Source: Antedon mediterranea (Eukaryota > Animalia > Echinodermata). From it: 64,000 nucleotides of DNA. How positions within the stretch are numbered: position 1 is the stretch's first letter; each line of letters opens with the position of its first letter. The position numbers and the translations under genes were made by a program. The notes beneath the pieces were generated by a model. That model worked only from the letters and a program-made list of their open reading frames with translations, made no database searches and had not been told where the DNA came from. Shown here in pieces: positions 1-13,658 of the stretch. The stretch is from NCBI RefSeq assembly GCF_964355755.1, contig NC_092676.1, positions 14,774,871-14,838,870 of the forward strand, given 5' to 3'.

Positions 1-993
1 AATAATATATACATATGAAATTCTTAATTTTTATAGGCCTACGGATAATTAATAATTTTACTCGCAGTTTTTAAATTTGTAATTGTATATTCTTTATTTT
101 TTTTTTTTATGAATTTATGTGTATATATATATTTTTATATTAGATGGTTGTGTAATTTTGCTCGTTTTTGATATATATCTTTGTAAATTTGTAATTGTAT
201 ATTCTTAATTTTTTTTTTTATGCATTTTGTATATATATATATATATATTTTTATATTGGATGTTTGTGTAAATCTTGCTCGTTTTTGATATATTTTTTAT
301 GTTTATGTTACTGGACGCAATTCAGTTTTGTACTGCCATGTCTTTGTTTTTAATAAACCAGAATAAAATAAAATAAAAAAACTTTTTTACTTAAGTTTAT
401 TATTTAAAAGCAATGTAAATAGTTAAATAATTTAAGATACATATTATTATTATACAGTATTTAAAAAAAAAAAATTTTCTTTTTGTAATGTGTAGGCGTA
501 CTGTTTAGTGCTACTGTGTTAATCGCATGGACACTAGGCCTAGCGTAATGGCGTTCCATACATACTGGTTTTATTTTGTTAAGGGGGGTGGGGGGGGGGG
601 GCCGACATGACCGTAATCCGCTTAATGATCTGTAATAGCCGAAGCTGGATGGCAATCTTTTAATGTTATTGCAGTTCAAAAGTGATTCTCCATGGAGAGG
701 GAAGAACCAACAAGCGGCTGCAATCGACCAATGAGATATGCCCTACGCTGTACGCACTGCTACCTCTGTGATGAGCCTATCTGTGTGAGAACGATACGCA
801 ACGCTGCGTGTTAAGGGTATAAACGCGAACGCATTCTATATGATCCTCGTTATACAAAAAATGCTAGATTACCAAGAAATTATTCATTCCATTGCGATTA
901 ACAATATATTTAATTTTATAGAAACTTCACTGTGCTTTGGCAAGAATATGTGTAATGTTAATGACATTGTATGTGGTCTATTTATTATATTAA

Positions 994-1960
994 AGATGTA
1001 TGTTATGCGCGATTTGAACGATTAATTGCGCAAGGATTTTCTTGCGCAATTTGAATTGAAACATGTGTTTCAAATTGCGCAAGCAACGTATTAAATTGCG
1101 CAAGTAATCTGCAAATTGCGCAAGGTTTTTCGACAGATATTTTTTTAGTAATTTCCAAGAATGATTCAAAATTGAAGATAATATCGCTTTTCCTTACCCT
1201 CCCGGGAGCCTCCCTCCCGAATTTTTTTTTCCGAATAAAAAAAATCTCGAATTCCCAATGGTTCTATAAAATACCATATTCACACATAATATGAGGAGAA
1301 GGCATAAATAAATACCAATAGTAATATAATAATTTCAATTCAAATATCAGTACTAATGACGATTAATAAGACTAATAACGATTGGATTTTTTTTAGAAAC
1401 AATAATTATTACGAATTATTAGACGTTTACTATTTAACTTAAAAATTAAATTTAATGACAAAAAAGATTGACCTTTCGGTACCATTCTCAACAACAAATG
1501 AGTACAATAATAAAAATAACAAACAGTTCGTTTTCAAATTGCGCAAAGGTGTCATATTGCGCAAGAACTATCTTGCGCAATTTACAAATTGTGCAACGCA
1601 ATTTGAAATTGCGCAAGGATTTTCTTGCGCAATTTGAAATTGCGCAAGTTGATTGCGCAAGAAAATCCTTGCGCAATTTCAAATTGCGCAAGAATTCTTT
1701 GCGCAATTTTAAATTGCGCAAATCGTTCAAATCGCGCATAACAGATGTATTGTCCCCCTGAAAAAAATAATTCTTAAAAAATGTTTTGTTGAATAGGCCT
1801 AGGCCTAGGCTAGGCCTATTCCATTTTAATGTATAATAGTTATCCATCTTGACCAAAAATTGGGTCGAAAACAAAATGTATTTACCTGAAAAAATGTAAT
1901 TTTTGGTTGAATGTAACCATTTATTTTGTCATTTTACAAGTGAAAACATTATTTTTGTCC
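994..1960 (+). mobile_element. Partial Kolobok-like MITE (same family as 46130-46481), split by the 1001-1743 insertion
   Basis: TTAA followed by AGATGTATTGTCCCC once the insertion is removed; 1744-1960 matches 46131-46370 by eye. Confidence 0.65.
1001..1743. mobile_element. Non-autonomous TIR element (TGT...ACA termini) with AAATTGCGCAA subterminal arrays
   Basis: TIR tgttatgcgcgatttgaacgatt / aatcgttcaaatcgcgcataaca; 6-bp TSD GATGTA (995-1000, 1744-1749); splits the terminus of a Kolobok-like element. Confidence 0.85.
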
Positions 1961-2101
1961 GTTTTTGTTGGTTTCCCCTCCTGTTGGAATCACTTTTTGG
2001 CTTACAGACAGCTGAATCCGCTAGACTTGGTTGGGGCGACTTCTTGACACCGGACTTTGCGTTGCGATGGCTGATCCCGTCAGTCAATTGCACATGTGAA
2101 G

Positions 2102-2942
2102 CAAAGAATATATATCACAAGAATGAGTAATCCGCGATTTTCCCTGTAACAGTAATATTGTCCATGTGGTAGGGCGCCGCCATAAGTGTGGATGTATCTG
2201 GGATGTATACAACTTTTGGTGAAGGTTTCACTAATCAAAGGCTGGACCACCGGAGTATTTTCCGATGATAAAAATGTTATCAACTACATGCCAACATCAT
2301 GTTAAATACTATTTGGATATTTAATTGTTCGTTTTATGCAATTTATTTAGTAAAAACTGCCGTATAAACAGTTTGCTTTATCAACCGGGCGCTACGATAG
2401 CGTGACCGGGCGTGTTGGTGTTTACGCGTTTTCACGAAGGATAGTTTAATAATATTCCTATATTTAACTTGTTTCTGGTAAAACAAATAAATGTTAATGA
2501 CATTTAACATTTTCTCCTATTAATAACATGTGTTTTATACTAATTTATATCATAAAAACAATACTTAATTTACCGGGCGTAGAGTAGTACACGGCAATGG
2601 TAAAGAATAGGCCGTGCTGAGTAATATTCGTTGATTTTTGGTGTTGCTGTGTTAGGCCTTTTTTGTGAACTAACTTAGCATGTTAGTAAATAATTGTCTG
2701 TAAAAGTGAATAAACACTAGTTTGTTAATAAATATGTATTATAAAATAGTTTACAATTGCAAAAACTATCATCATAATTCTATTTAATGTGGCACGTATC
2801 ATGTCTATTAAATCAAGTCTTATTTAGTATGTATACATCCGCCCTTATGAGGGCGGGCATCACTCACTGGAACTCTCTGTTACAAATTTCTCATGCAAAA
2901 ATCGCGGAATACTCATTCTTGTGATATACTGTATATTCTTTG
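2102..2942. mobile_element. Non-autonomous P-element-like DNA transposon
   Basis: TIR caaagaatata...tcacaagaatgagta.tccgcgattt at both ends; 7-bp TSD TGTGAAG (2095-2101, 2943-2949). Confidence 0.75.
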
Positions 2943-3591
2943 TGTGAAGCAACAGCCGATCGGCGCCTGTGAAGAAAGCTTAGGCCTAGGCTAGGCCTAC
3001 CTAGTAACAAGCTCGATTTGTTGGGCTAGCCTATGCCTAGTAGATTGGGTAGGCTACTCACCACAGTACTAGGCTAGTCGGATAATGATGGACGGGCTGA
3101 TGGTAATCGTAGGCACACACAAATAAAGACGACCGGATTATTAATACGCTGTGGCTAAAGATACGGTACCGTATCCTAACTTCCGTTTGCTAAAGGTACG
3201 GTAAAATTGCATTACGTCATAATCAGCCAATGGGGTGCTGGTACGTGTGTGACGTCATCGTATAAGGACTTGGGATTTTTTTTCATATCGCGAAATAAAA
3301 ACAGTGATCAAGCGGCGGCTTAACATTTTCTTTATGCTTCATTTATCGCTATAATAAAATATCCCCGTCGTGTGTGTGACAAAAACTAAATGTAGCCTAG
3401 GCCTACTACGTCCGTTATTATTGATAGGCCAAAACATGTTGATTTTAATTCTAGAATACAGAAATTTACCGTTTCAAAAGAGGCGCATAACCTGTAGCCT
3501 CGATATATGAGTATTGTTTGCCAGGCTGGGGCCAGCTGCATGTGTGCGCTGATTTCTGTGACTAAGACCTGGGGCTAGGCCTATTGTCTAA

Positions 3592-5148
3592 GGGTCATTC
3601 TTCAGTAAGTGTCTAATTTCAGGTTTATAAAAAATCGATTTTAAAATTTGCATTTTTTAAATTTTAAAAGTTTATTCAGATAAATGAACATGTATTACAT
3701 GGCAAGCGTGTGTTTGGCGCAATCTTTATTATATATTTCGTGTTTTATTCGTATTTATAAACACATGGTTCTATGTTACTGTCATTTCCGTCACATTTAT
3801 GGGATATACAAAGATAGAAAAAATAACGGTTCAGGAATTATAAAATTATTTCCATTATTAATTCTTTGATACTATATATTATTTTTGTCTCTATTAATCA
3901 CAAAATGATTGTTTTAACATTTATAAGTATGATGTTATACGTTCAAAACCATTTACTATTCCAAAAAATAATAATTTTCAGAAAATAGTATGACTGTCAC
4001 TGATGTTTTACAAAATTCTGTTGAACTAATATTACTATCCATTGACATAGTAGAAGAATATTGTTTATATTTCAATATACCACATAATTGCGTTCATTAT
4101 TTAAATATTTTAGGATTTAAAAGGATAAAATATCCATGTGACGGAGATGAAACCGTGACGGATATGACGAACCTAAAAAATCATGTGACGGAGATGACTT
4201 TAAGATATGATTTGATTATGTTTATTGACCAGAGTCACATAGATATACAATGTAATAACATAATAAAGATATACAAAACAAAATGTACAACAAAAAAAGG
4301 CCCTGGCAATAACAAAAAGTCATATCCGTCACGGGCCGTCATCTCCGTCACAACGAAACATTGGGAAATGTGACGGAGCTGACCGTGACGGAGATGATGT
4401 ATTTAGCATTGGACAACCTAGGATCACATCGTAGGCATGTCTGACAGCGGAGACGGATTGCATACTTCTAGATACCGTGAATAACTTGTATTTCCAGTTG
4501 AAAAAAACCAGAAATTATATTTATTTAATGAGTTCTATACCGTTCGGATATGACATTCAATAAAGGTACGCAGCTGTAATTTTTCTAAAACCTCGTTTTT
4601 TTAGCTTTTTTCCTCTTTTATTGAAAATGATGTGCTGCTAGTTTAATTTCAATATCTTCGTATGTTTACAACGTACAGTCAATTTTTTTCACCGCCGTTC
4701 ATTAAACTGTAGACGGTACATTTAAATTATGTGACGGAAATGACACAAAACTGCGGGACAAGCTTTTTCCAAACAAAAACTTTAAAGTTCGAGATTTAAT
4801 GTATGTAGAGATGTATTTCGAAGAATATAATCGCATGAAATCATGATTAACTAACTTTTTACAATATTTTCGATAACAAAAGTCCTGTTATCAAATATAT
4901 ACGGCGATCATAAAATTGAAGATGTACGATCGGGACATAGGATTTTAGGGGGTTGCCTGAAACATTTTTATAAAAATTAACAAAATCAATGTAATTATCT
5001 TTATTTTATGTAATTAATTATATTTACAATAATGTTGATTATGATTTAAGTCAAGAATTTTTATTTTTTAATGATGAATTTTCAGTCTCTATCATATCCC
5101 ACCAAAGTATCGGGACACGATTTTAGACACTTACTGAAGAATGACCCC
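3592..5148. mobile_element. Non-autonomous PIF/Harbinger-like element
   Basis: TIR gggtcattcttcagtaagtgtctaa / ttagacacttactgaagaatgacccc; TAA TSD; the empty site is visible in the inverted copy at ~34600-34620; internal GTGACGGAGATG repeats. Confidence 0.85.
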
Positions 5149-5478
5149 TAAATCATAGTATTTGAGGGCCCTTTATTGTCCGCATTTAATTTGCTTTTGT
5201 TTATGGTCACCATCTGTGAACAAAGTTTATTAAAAAATATAGGCCATTGGAATAAAAATAAAACCCTTATAGTAACTATGGACGAATGAGTTAGACGCAA
5301 CCAAAGAATATATATTCTTTGACGCAACACAATTTCCAACATTGAATTATAATTCATTCCTTTACTTCTAATTCGGCTATCAACATATTTCTGCTGTAGT
5401 GTATAATGTTGTATAATGAAATAATATTTGAGATTGAGTGCATCGACGATTCTGGATTCAACATTGCTAGGTCTAGCC

Positions 5479-7431
5479 CAGGGGTGGCGCCATGATCTTC
5501 CCGACGCGGGGGCCCATTCCCCGACGAGGGGGCTATGCGAGCGAAGCAAGCATCACAAGGCTGGGAGCCAGGGGGCCGCCAAGGGCCCCCGGTGGGGGTC
5601 CAGGGGACGAATCCCCCGGAAGCAACGCGTTCTAGCGTCATTTGAGGTCATTTTAATCAGATTTAGGGTAGTCATTTTTTTCCATTTTTTATAATGCATA
5701 AATAAAATACTGCGTGCAAAAAAACGATGCGCGATGACTGTTTCAATCCATATTTTTCAATTTAAAAAATAAAAGTTCAAAGAAAATTTAGAAAAATAGA
5801 GTTGGAGGTCCTGGAAATTGGACTTATTATACTTCAAAACATGAAACAAAATATATAAGTCCCTATCATGGTTGTGACTGAGCTAAGAAATGTTTGAAAA
5901 ATAGAGATGTTAGGTCCCGGAAAATGCACTTCTTGTACTTCGAAATATGACCAGCTTTATTGTTGGGGCTGAGCTAAGAAAATGTTTAAAACTAGAGCTG
6001 CAGGTCTTCAAAAAATTGCATTTTATACTTTGGAAACATCAGGCCCAGAGGCTTAAAAACGCAAGCGTAGACCTTTTCAGTCGGGGAAATAAGTTTATTC
6101 CTCCCAAGTGTATGCCTGCGTACCATCTGGACTTCCGAGTGGTGAGAAATTCATGACACATATACAGGACATTGAAAATTTAATAACTTAGCTATAATAA
6201 GATGTTGGCTAAGCGAAAATGGCATGTTTTTTTGTTTAGTAATGGATGAAATATTTATTTTAGGTGCCCCACGGTACAGAAGGTTACTTGTAAATTAAAA
6301 AATTGGTGAACATACGAACAATTAACATAATACGTTTTTGCTGTAGTGTAGCGTACGTCGACACAGTACACGACGTAACCGTCGGTGGTAAACTTCGCCT
6401 GGAAAATAACTACAGTACACATTTTGGTCCCTGGATGGAACATGATATCACGACCCAACGTTGAACGATTCGTACAAAGGGATACCGCCAGACAAGTGCG
6501 TACCTATAGCTATTGTTTAGTAGTAAGTTAGATCGCTGGCAATAATGAATGCATATAAAGTGCATAATGTCACTCTGACCAGGGAAGAGTTAAATTACAT
6601 AACTCTTCCCTGCTCTGACGTACTCTCACGGTCAATGAAACGTCGAGGTTTTCTAGGCGCTGAAGCTACGAAGTGAACGCGAACGAATTATATTCCCCGA
6701 CAAAAAGTACCCGAACCGTCGGTAAACTTCGCCTGGAAAATAACTACATTACACATTTTGGTCCCTGGATGGAACTTGATATCACCCGTCTCGACGCAAC
6801 GTTGAACGATTCGTACAAAGGGATACCGCCAGACAAGTGCGTACCTAGCTAATGTTTAGTAGTAAGTTAGATCGCTGGCAATAATGAATGCATATAAATT
6901 GCATAATAGCACTCTGACGTACTCTCACGGTCAATGAGACGTCGCGGTTTTCTAGGCGCTGAAGCTACCAAGTGAACGTGAAAGTTTTTTACTGTATATT
7001 ATATTCCCCGACAAAAAGTACCCGTGTTCTCTTCGGTAACCGTCGGTAAACTTCGCCTGGAAAATAACTACATTACACATTTTGGTCCCTGGATGGAACA
7101 TGATATCACGCGTCTCGACCCAACGGTGAACGATTTGTACAAAGGGATGATACCGCCAAACAAGTGCGTACTAGCTATTGTTTAGTAGTTAGATCTCTGG
7201 CAATAATGAATGCATAAAAGTGCATAATAGCCCTCTGACGTACTCTCACGGTCAATGGAACGTCGTGGTTTTCTAGTCGCTGAAGCTATATGAAGTGAAC
7301 GCGAACGTTTTTTACTGTATATTATATTCCCCGACAAAAAGTACCCGTGTTCCCCGAGGGGGGGGGGGGGGGCTAGGCTCCCCGACGAGGGGGCTAGAGA
7401 CCCCGTAGCCCCCCCGCTGGCGCCACCACTG
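5479..7431. mobile_element. Non-autonomous hAT element
   Basis: Termini caggggtggcgcca / tggcgccaccactg; 8-bp TSD GTCTAGCC (5471-5478, 7432-7439); GC-rich subterminal cccgacgagggggcta repeats. Confidence 0.85.
6376..7351. repeat. Three tandem ~320-340 bp units inside the hAT element
   Basis: Unit beginning ccgtcggtaaacttcgcctggaaaataactaca recurs at ~6378, ~6716 and ~7040. Confidence 0.9.
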
Positions 7432-7475
7432 GTCTAGCCCCGAGGCTGAGTCACAGAATCATCAGCGCACCGGGC

Positions 7476-9455
7476 AGCGATTTTTTTTTTCGTACATAAG
7501 TTGGGGACCCCCTCATGAAACGTCACAAAACAAACATGAATAATTCATCAGTTAAATTTTCTTGTTCCGTGTGCACCCAAGCGTATAGCAACAAGAAGTG
7601 ATTACACAAGCAAGTGCGGTACGATTCTGGGCCTATCTCCGCTGTTGTTGCGGCGTGCGATTTCATAGAAGAATAGCGGCGTTTTGTGTGGATTGTCGAA
7701 ATAATCAGCCTTTAGTTTATGGTGTTCTTAATATAATTTATTACTAAAGAATTACGTGTTAAAATTATAGTTTCTATTAATACTATTAGGCCTAATTATT
7801 AGTCTCTAAAACCCATGTCTATTCTAGTAGTAGCTGTGTGGGTGTGTGTGACGTTTGTGTGATAGGTATGACACAATCCGAGTACTATAAGTCAGCAAAA
7901 TTAAACAATAAACATTATATTACAAAAAAATACAGGGTGTCACGAAACCTAAGACCACGAAAGCTAAGACCCCCTAAGACCTAAGATCACGAAAGCTAAG
8001 ACCTAAGATTACAAATATTTATCTTTCGCACCTGCCTTGTATTTTAACTCCCAACATTTATTCTGAATACCACACCTTAGAATTGGCACTTTTATGAAAA
8101 AGAATCACATAAAAAGTAACAAATACATTTTTAAATTGATGATTTTACAGACGTTTTTCTCGCACACAAACTGTTTGCGAATTTCGCATGACTAGCCTAC
8201 AGTACAGTAGCAGTAGGCCTTCCACCATGTTCAATGTTTTTGTTTCTATGGAACGTCAAAAGAGCAAAAATTATATAGAGGGCTGAAAACTCTGTGGAGT
8301 CCATCTACAGTGTGGATGGAACAATGTAAAATAAAAATTGTAATGATAATAATATAATCATGCAAGTACGAAGAAATAAATACTGGCAAATAAATTTTAA
8401 TTTAAAAATCATGATTTGTTTCGTTTTCTTTCTGTTTTTATACTTGTACTATTATTGTTGCTCTTTTGGCGCTCCATAGAAACAAAAACATTGAGCATGG
8501 GGGGAGCTCGAGGAGTTACAGTATACAAAGAAACATGTCTGTAAAATCATCAATTTAAAGGATTTATTTATTTGTTTTTATGCGTTTCTCCGTCTGAAAG
8601 TACTTATAAATCCTAATTTTAAAGTGTGGTATTCAGGATAAAGTTCGTCAACAAATTTGGAGTCAAAATACAAGAAAGGCAAGTGCGTAAGAAAAACATC
8701 CTCTGAACCAACACAATGGAGTAAATATATACCAACAAACAACCCGTCAAGTTTGTTTGTTGTAAAGAAAAAAATATACATTTACTCAACGGGCGAAAAT
8801 AATGTGAGTTTATCAATGTTTTGCGGTAGTATTTAATTATATTTATATGGTAATAAATGAAACCTACTGTGTTTAAAATTATGTATGGATAAACAAGTAT
8901 TGTTTTTAAGCTGTAGTATATCTTAGAATTTGTAATCTTAGGTCTTGGGTCTTAGCTTTCGTGATCTTAGGTCTTAGGGGGTCTTAGCTTTCGTGGTCTT
9001 AGGTTTCGTGACACCCCAAAAATACATTTTTTATTCTCGTGGGTCTAATCTTCCCATGTCATGTGTTCATATACGCGCATTTTTAAAGTTCCTTTGAGTA
9101 CATGCATATTGTTTGATAATAAAATAGCAGAATAAAAAAAATACAGTACACAAATTATACACATTCTTTATTCTTGTGGGTCTAAGCTTTCTTTGGGCTA
9201 TGTCCAATGAATTACTACTTAGTTTAATGTCTTGCCTAGCTGTCGATTAGCCTCGACTCGACACATTTTGTGTGAAGAAGAGTGCGCGAAGGCAATCACG
9301 TGAATTGACTTAGAATATCGCAGTTGTGTAATCACTTCTTGTTGCTATACGCTTGGGTGCACACGGAACAACAAATTTAACTGATGAATTATTCATGTTT
9401 ATTTTGTGACGTTTCATGAGGGTCCCCAACTTATGTACGAAAAAAAAAAGTCGCC
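7476..9455. mobile_element. TIR element with ~135-bp inverted termini
   Basis: cgtacataagttggggaccc...gcaacaagaagtgattacacaa at 7491-7609, mirrored at 9324-9440; imperfect flanking duplication caccgg(g/c)c. Confidence 0.75.
7935..9017. mobile_element. MULE-like MITE nested in 7476-9455
   Basis: TIR gggtgtcacgaaacctaagaccacgaaagctaagac; 9-bp TSD AAAAATACA (7926-7934, 9018-9026). Confidence 0.85.
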
Positions 9456-9894
9456 ACCGGCCACACATCAATAAAGCCTGGCGCCGTCGATAGGCATTCA
9501 GATGTGAAAAAAAAATCCAAAGTCCTTATACGATGACGTCACACACGTACCAGCTGATTATGACGTAATGCAATTTTACCGTACCTTTAGTAGACGGAAG
9601 TCAGGATACGGTACCGTATCTTTAGCCACGGCGATAGACAATTAATAATTCCGAATAGGATTGTATTTCAAAATATTGTAGATACAGTATAATAAAATTC
9701 TATTTTAAGTCAATCATTTTTTAATTAAAATATGACAGTAATAACTAGTACTGTTTTAAGTTGTATTGTATTTCTAATCTTTAGGCTGGTATATTTTGCA
9801 AATCCAATAGTAATATCCAAAAATAAAATTACTTTAATAAATAAATCACGAAAATGAAATACAAGCTAATAAAATCTCTTTTTGAACATGTGGT

Positions 9895-9910
9895 GGCTCT
9901 GAAAAGAGCC
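9895..9910 (-). terminator. Histone 3' stem-loop (H2B)
   Basis: GGCTCTTTTCAGAGCC followed by ACCA and a purine-rich downstream element CAAAAAGAGA. Confidence 0.95.
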
Positions 9911-9938
9911 GTTTGGTTTGAGATTCGGCAAATGATGT

Positions 9939-10305
9939 TTACTTGGAGCTGGTGTATGGTGACAGCCTTTGTACCCTCAGAGACGGCATGCTTAGCCAAT
10001 TCACCAGGAAGCAATAGACGGACAGCGGTCTGGACTTCCCTGCTAGTGATGGTAGATTTCTTGTTGTAGTGAGCAAGACGAGATGCTTCTCCTGCAATAC
10101 GTTCGAAGATGTCGTTGACGAAACTGTTCATGATTCCCATGGCTCTGCTGGAGATACCAGTGTCTGGGTGAACTTGCTTCAACACCTTGTAGATATAGAT
10201 GCTGTAGCTTTCCTTTCGCTTACGTTTTCTCTTCTTGTCAGTAGTTCTTACAGCTTTAGCCTTACCGGCTTTCTTGGCAGCTTTTCCTGAAGTTTTTGGT
10301 GGCAT
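9939..10305 (-). pseudogene. H2B: Histone H2B with a 2-bp frameshift near the C-terminus
   Basis: [12 protein letters not shown]...[10 protein letters not shown]; the next bases read acc-a-tac-acc-agc-tcc-aag-taa, i.e. KYTSSK* with two bases of the Lys codon missing; histone stem-loop at 9895-9910. A sequencing error cannot be excluded. Confidence 0.85.
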
Positions 10306-10390
10306 GATTTTCGTATTTACAATCAATACGAGTAAAGTAATCAATCAAGTGAAGATTTCAACATCGCCCAGTGTATTTATTGACTTCGGT

Positions 10391-10398
10391 ATGCAAAT
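10391..10398 (-). promoter_or_regulatory. H2B octamer element (mirror copy at 30259-30266)
   Basis: CTCATTTGCAT between a CCAAT box and a TATA-like CAATAAATA upstream of the H2B ATG; known H2B-specific promoter element. Confidence 0.85.
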
Positions 10399-10694
10399 GA
10401 GGTTTTCCAGTTAGGCTCGCTTGTCGACGGGCATTCATTGGTTGTTGACTGCGCGCAATTTATTGAATGTTCAAAAACAAAAGTATACTTGTTCTTTCTT
10501 TGTTAACATTTGGAGGGAAGAAGACAAGTTAAATTTTTTAAAGTACAGTAGTTGTATTGTATGTACAGTATGCTTTATTTTGTACCTACCACCAATACAA
10601 TGGTGTACTTTACGAACACAAAAGGTAGGATAACAACTGAAAATGTACCTCATAATGTGAACTATTTGGTGTCTATTGTAATCAATAATCTGAT

Positions 10695-13658
10695 TACTCT
10701 AGTAGCTAGATCAACTTTCGTATGCACTTTGAGGTCCAGAGAATTTGACTTCAGAAATTGGTTTAGGGTGGTCAAACAATCATTTTTGGCTTGGTTACAC
10801 ATTTTGAAAATGTGGCGAAAGGTCAAAAGGTCAGGGTCAAAGGTTATAAGATCAAACACCATTATGTCCTTAAATCTCGACAACCACTGGTCACAGCGAG
10901 GTAATTTTGGTCTCAAATTGATCAGAAGGTATACATTCATATTCAGTCTAATGAAACATTTTAGTCGAAAATGACCGGAAATGCCATTTCTGACCTTTGA
11001 CCCATAAACCAGGGCATGTCTGTATCTCCGTAACTATTGGCCGTAGAGACTTGAATTTGGGCTCAAATTGTTCCAAATATACATTTAGTTATTTGTTACA
11101 CATTTTGAACAATGTTACAAAAGGTCAAAAGGTCAAGGCCAGGGGTTATATGAATAAACACAAATAGGTATTTGTATCTCGGCAACCACTGGTCACAGCG
11201 AGTAAATTTTGGTCTCAAAATGTTCAGAAGCTATACATTCATATTCAGTCTAATGAAACATTTTAGTAAAAAATGACCGGAAATGACATTTCTGACCTTT
11301 GACATACATACCAGGGCATCTTCTTACCTCTGTAAGTACAGGTCGTAGAAACTTAAATTTAGTATCAAATTGTTAGAAATACACATATTTATATTCATTC
11401 TAACAGAAAATTTTGATAAAAGATGATCATAAATACTATTAATTACTAATCTTTAAAATGAAAAACATATCTACCCAACTTATCATTAGACAGTAATGTT
11501 ATGCAATAATTGATGCCTAATGATTTCATTATACTGTAGGAATTAAAACAAATCCTTTACTGTTTGTAATAATTGTAGGCCTACTTTTGCTTATAATAAT
11601 GCTAGAAATTATTGTTTACCCCCGAACATTTTAAGAATGCTAGAAGTAATTTACTGTAGTTACCCGTATAAAAGCCTCGGGCATTTATTTATTCAGGGAA
11701 GGCGTTTATTTTGTTGGGTGTAATAATTGTAACATGTATAATCAAATAAATACCCCAGATATATATATATATAAAAAATATATATATTATATAATAAGAA
11801 TAATAACGGGATTAAACCTCATTCTATCCTGGAGGAAGTACAATCATGTAATAAAAGGTATCGGAGACCACAATAATAGACCAAGTCATTGTCATTATTA
11901 CGTAACACTGTTGCATAATAGTTTTGAATGTCAACGACAAAACTTATACATATACACGTCTGTTCCCAGTGTAGATAATAAAACAATATATATTTCTGGA
12001 GATTTATTATCAATACCACTAGAAACTTTGACATGTTTTAGGTACTGAATGCATTGAAAATAAAAGCATCAGAAGTTTATTATGATAAAATCATACTACA
12101 ATACTGTACTACAGTACACAAGGGTGTTTTCAGGAAAGCTGGACATATTGTACAATAGTAATGAAACTATGTATTGGCATTTAAAACTATGCAAAAGATT
12201 GTTGTCAAATTGTAGTTACAAACAAATAGATGATAGAATGAAGATCCATTATGAGTGCAATCGTGTCAGGATAATGATGTGTCATTGTTTTATATCATTT
12301 TACTGGCACCTGGAGGTGAAGATCCATTTAATGGAATCTATCACTTTTATTTTAAAAGACAGAAACATTTCGTTAAAAAGCATAAAGAGGAAAACGAATC
12401 ATGTAAAGTACCTTTTATCAGTTGAGAAACGAAATACAATTATTAATATTAGAGTATTCCTTCAAATAAACGCCACCATTCCCTCAAATAGAACACCATG
12501 TGGAATAAACATGCCACATGCATTTACACAATAATTGTATCACGTCAACACATTTCATTAACTACCATAATCTACAATTTACCACTTTTTGATATTAATT
12601 GTGCAGTATTTTTTCCCATCTAGGTGGTATTTATTTGATTATACATGTTACCATATTATACCCCAAATAAAGATGCCTCCTTTCCCCCTAAAAACCATTT
12701 TGAACAATAAATGCCAGGGGCGTTTAATCGGATACATATGGCAAGTTACTTCTAGCATTCTGAAAAGAACTGTTGAGCTTGACGTTTCTATCAAAATGTC
12801 CTCGGGGACAGCAATAACTAGTACTTGAAATTAAAACAATTTAAAGTATCAGTTATTGCATAACATTACTGTCTAAGGATAAGTTGTGTAGATATGTTTT
12901 TTGTTTGAGACATTAGTAAGAGTATTTCTGTTCATCTTTTAACCACATTTTCTATTACATTGAATGTAAATATGTATATTTCGAACAATTTGATACCAAA
13001 TTTAAGTTTCTACGACCTGTACTTTATGAGATATGAAGATGCCCTGGTATGTGGGTCAAAGGTCAGAAATGGCATTTCTTATCATTTTTGACTAAAATGC
13101 CCCATTAGATGGAATATAAATGCATGCCTTCTGAACATTTTGAGACCAAAATTGACTTGCTGCGACCAGTGGTTGCCGAGATAAAAGTACCTTTTTTATT
13201 TGTTCAAATAACCCTTGACCTTGATCCTTTGACCTTTTGTAACATTTTTCAAAATGTGTAACAAATAACAAAACATATATTTCGAACAATTTAAAACCAA
13301 ATTCAAGTGTCTACAGTAGTTACGGAGATACATACATGCCCTGGGTTGTGGGTCAAAGGTCATAAATGGCATTTCCGGTCATTTTTTACTAAAATGTCCC
13401 ATTAGACTGAATATAAATGTATACCTTCTGATTAATTTAAGACCAAAATTACCTCGTTGTGACAAGTGGTTGCTGAGATTTAAGGACATATTTATGTTTG
13501 GTCTTATGACCTTTCACCTTGACCTTTTGACCTTTCGCCACATTTTCAAAATGTGTAACCAAGCCAAATATGATTGTTTGACCACCCTAAACCAATTTCT
13601 GAAGTCAAATTCTCTGGACCTCAAAGTGCATACGAAAGTTGATCTAGCTACTAGAGTA
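10695..13658. mobile_element. Non-autonomous foldback-type element with ~1-kb TIRs (Academ-like)
   Basis: Termini tactctagtagctagatcaac / gttgatctagctactagagta; 3-bp TSD GAT; TA...TA ends; tgacctttgacc repeats; absent from the mirror arm. Confidence 0.85.

Larger units (their letters stand above)
3145..9636. mobile_element. Large TIR element hosting several nested insertions
   Basis: ~140-bp inverted termini (gtggctaaagatacggtaccgtatcct...cgtcatcgtataaggactt at 3150-3290 and the reverse complement at 9500-9636); no clear TSD; ends approximate. Confidence 0.7.

Noticed and set aside
690-820. Possible piggyBac Cys-rich tail (RCTHCYLCDEPIC) near ttaaggg
   Set aside because: Too short, with no matching second terminus or transposase core.
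1455-1874. Repetitive LRNFKLRK ORFs (also 37471-38010 and 61986-62262)
   Set aside because: Translations of transposon subterminal repeats or microsatellites.
9829-10344. 171-aa H2B with novel N- and C-terminal extensions
   Set aside because: The ORF caller used an upstream non-ATG start, and the C-terminal extension comes from the frameshift and crosses the mRNA cleavage site.
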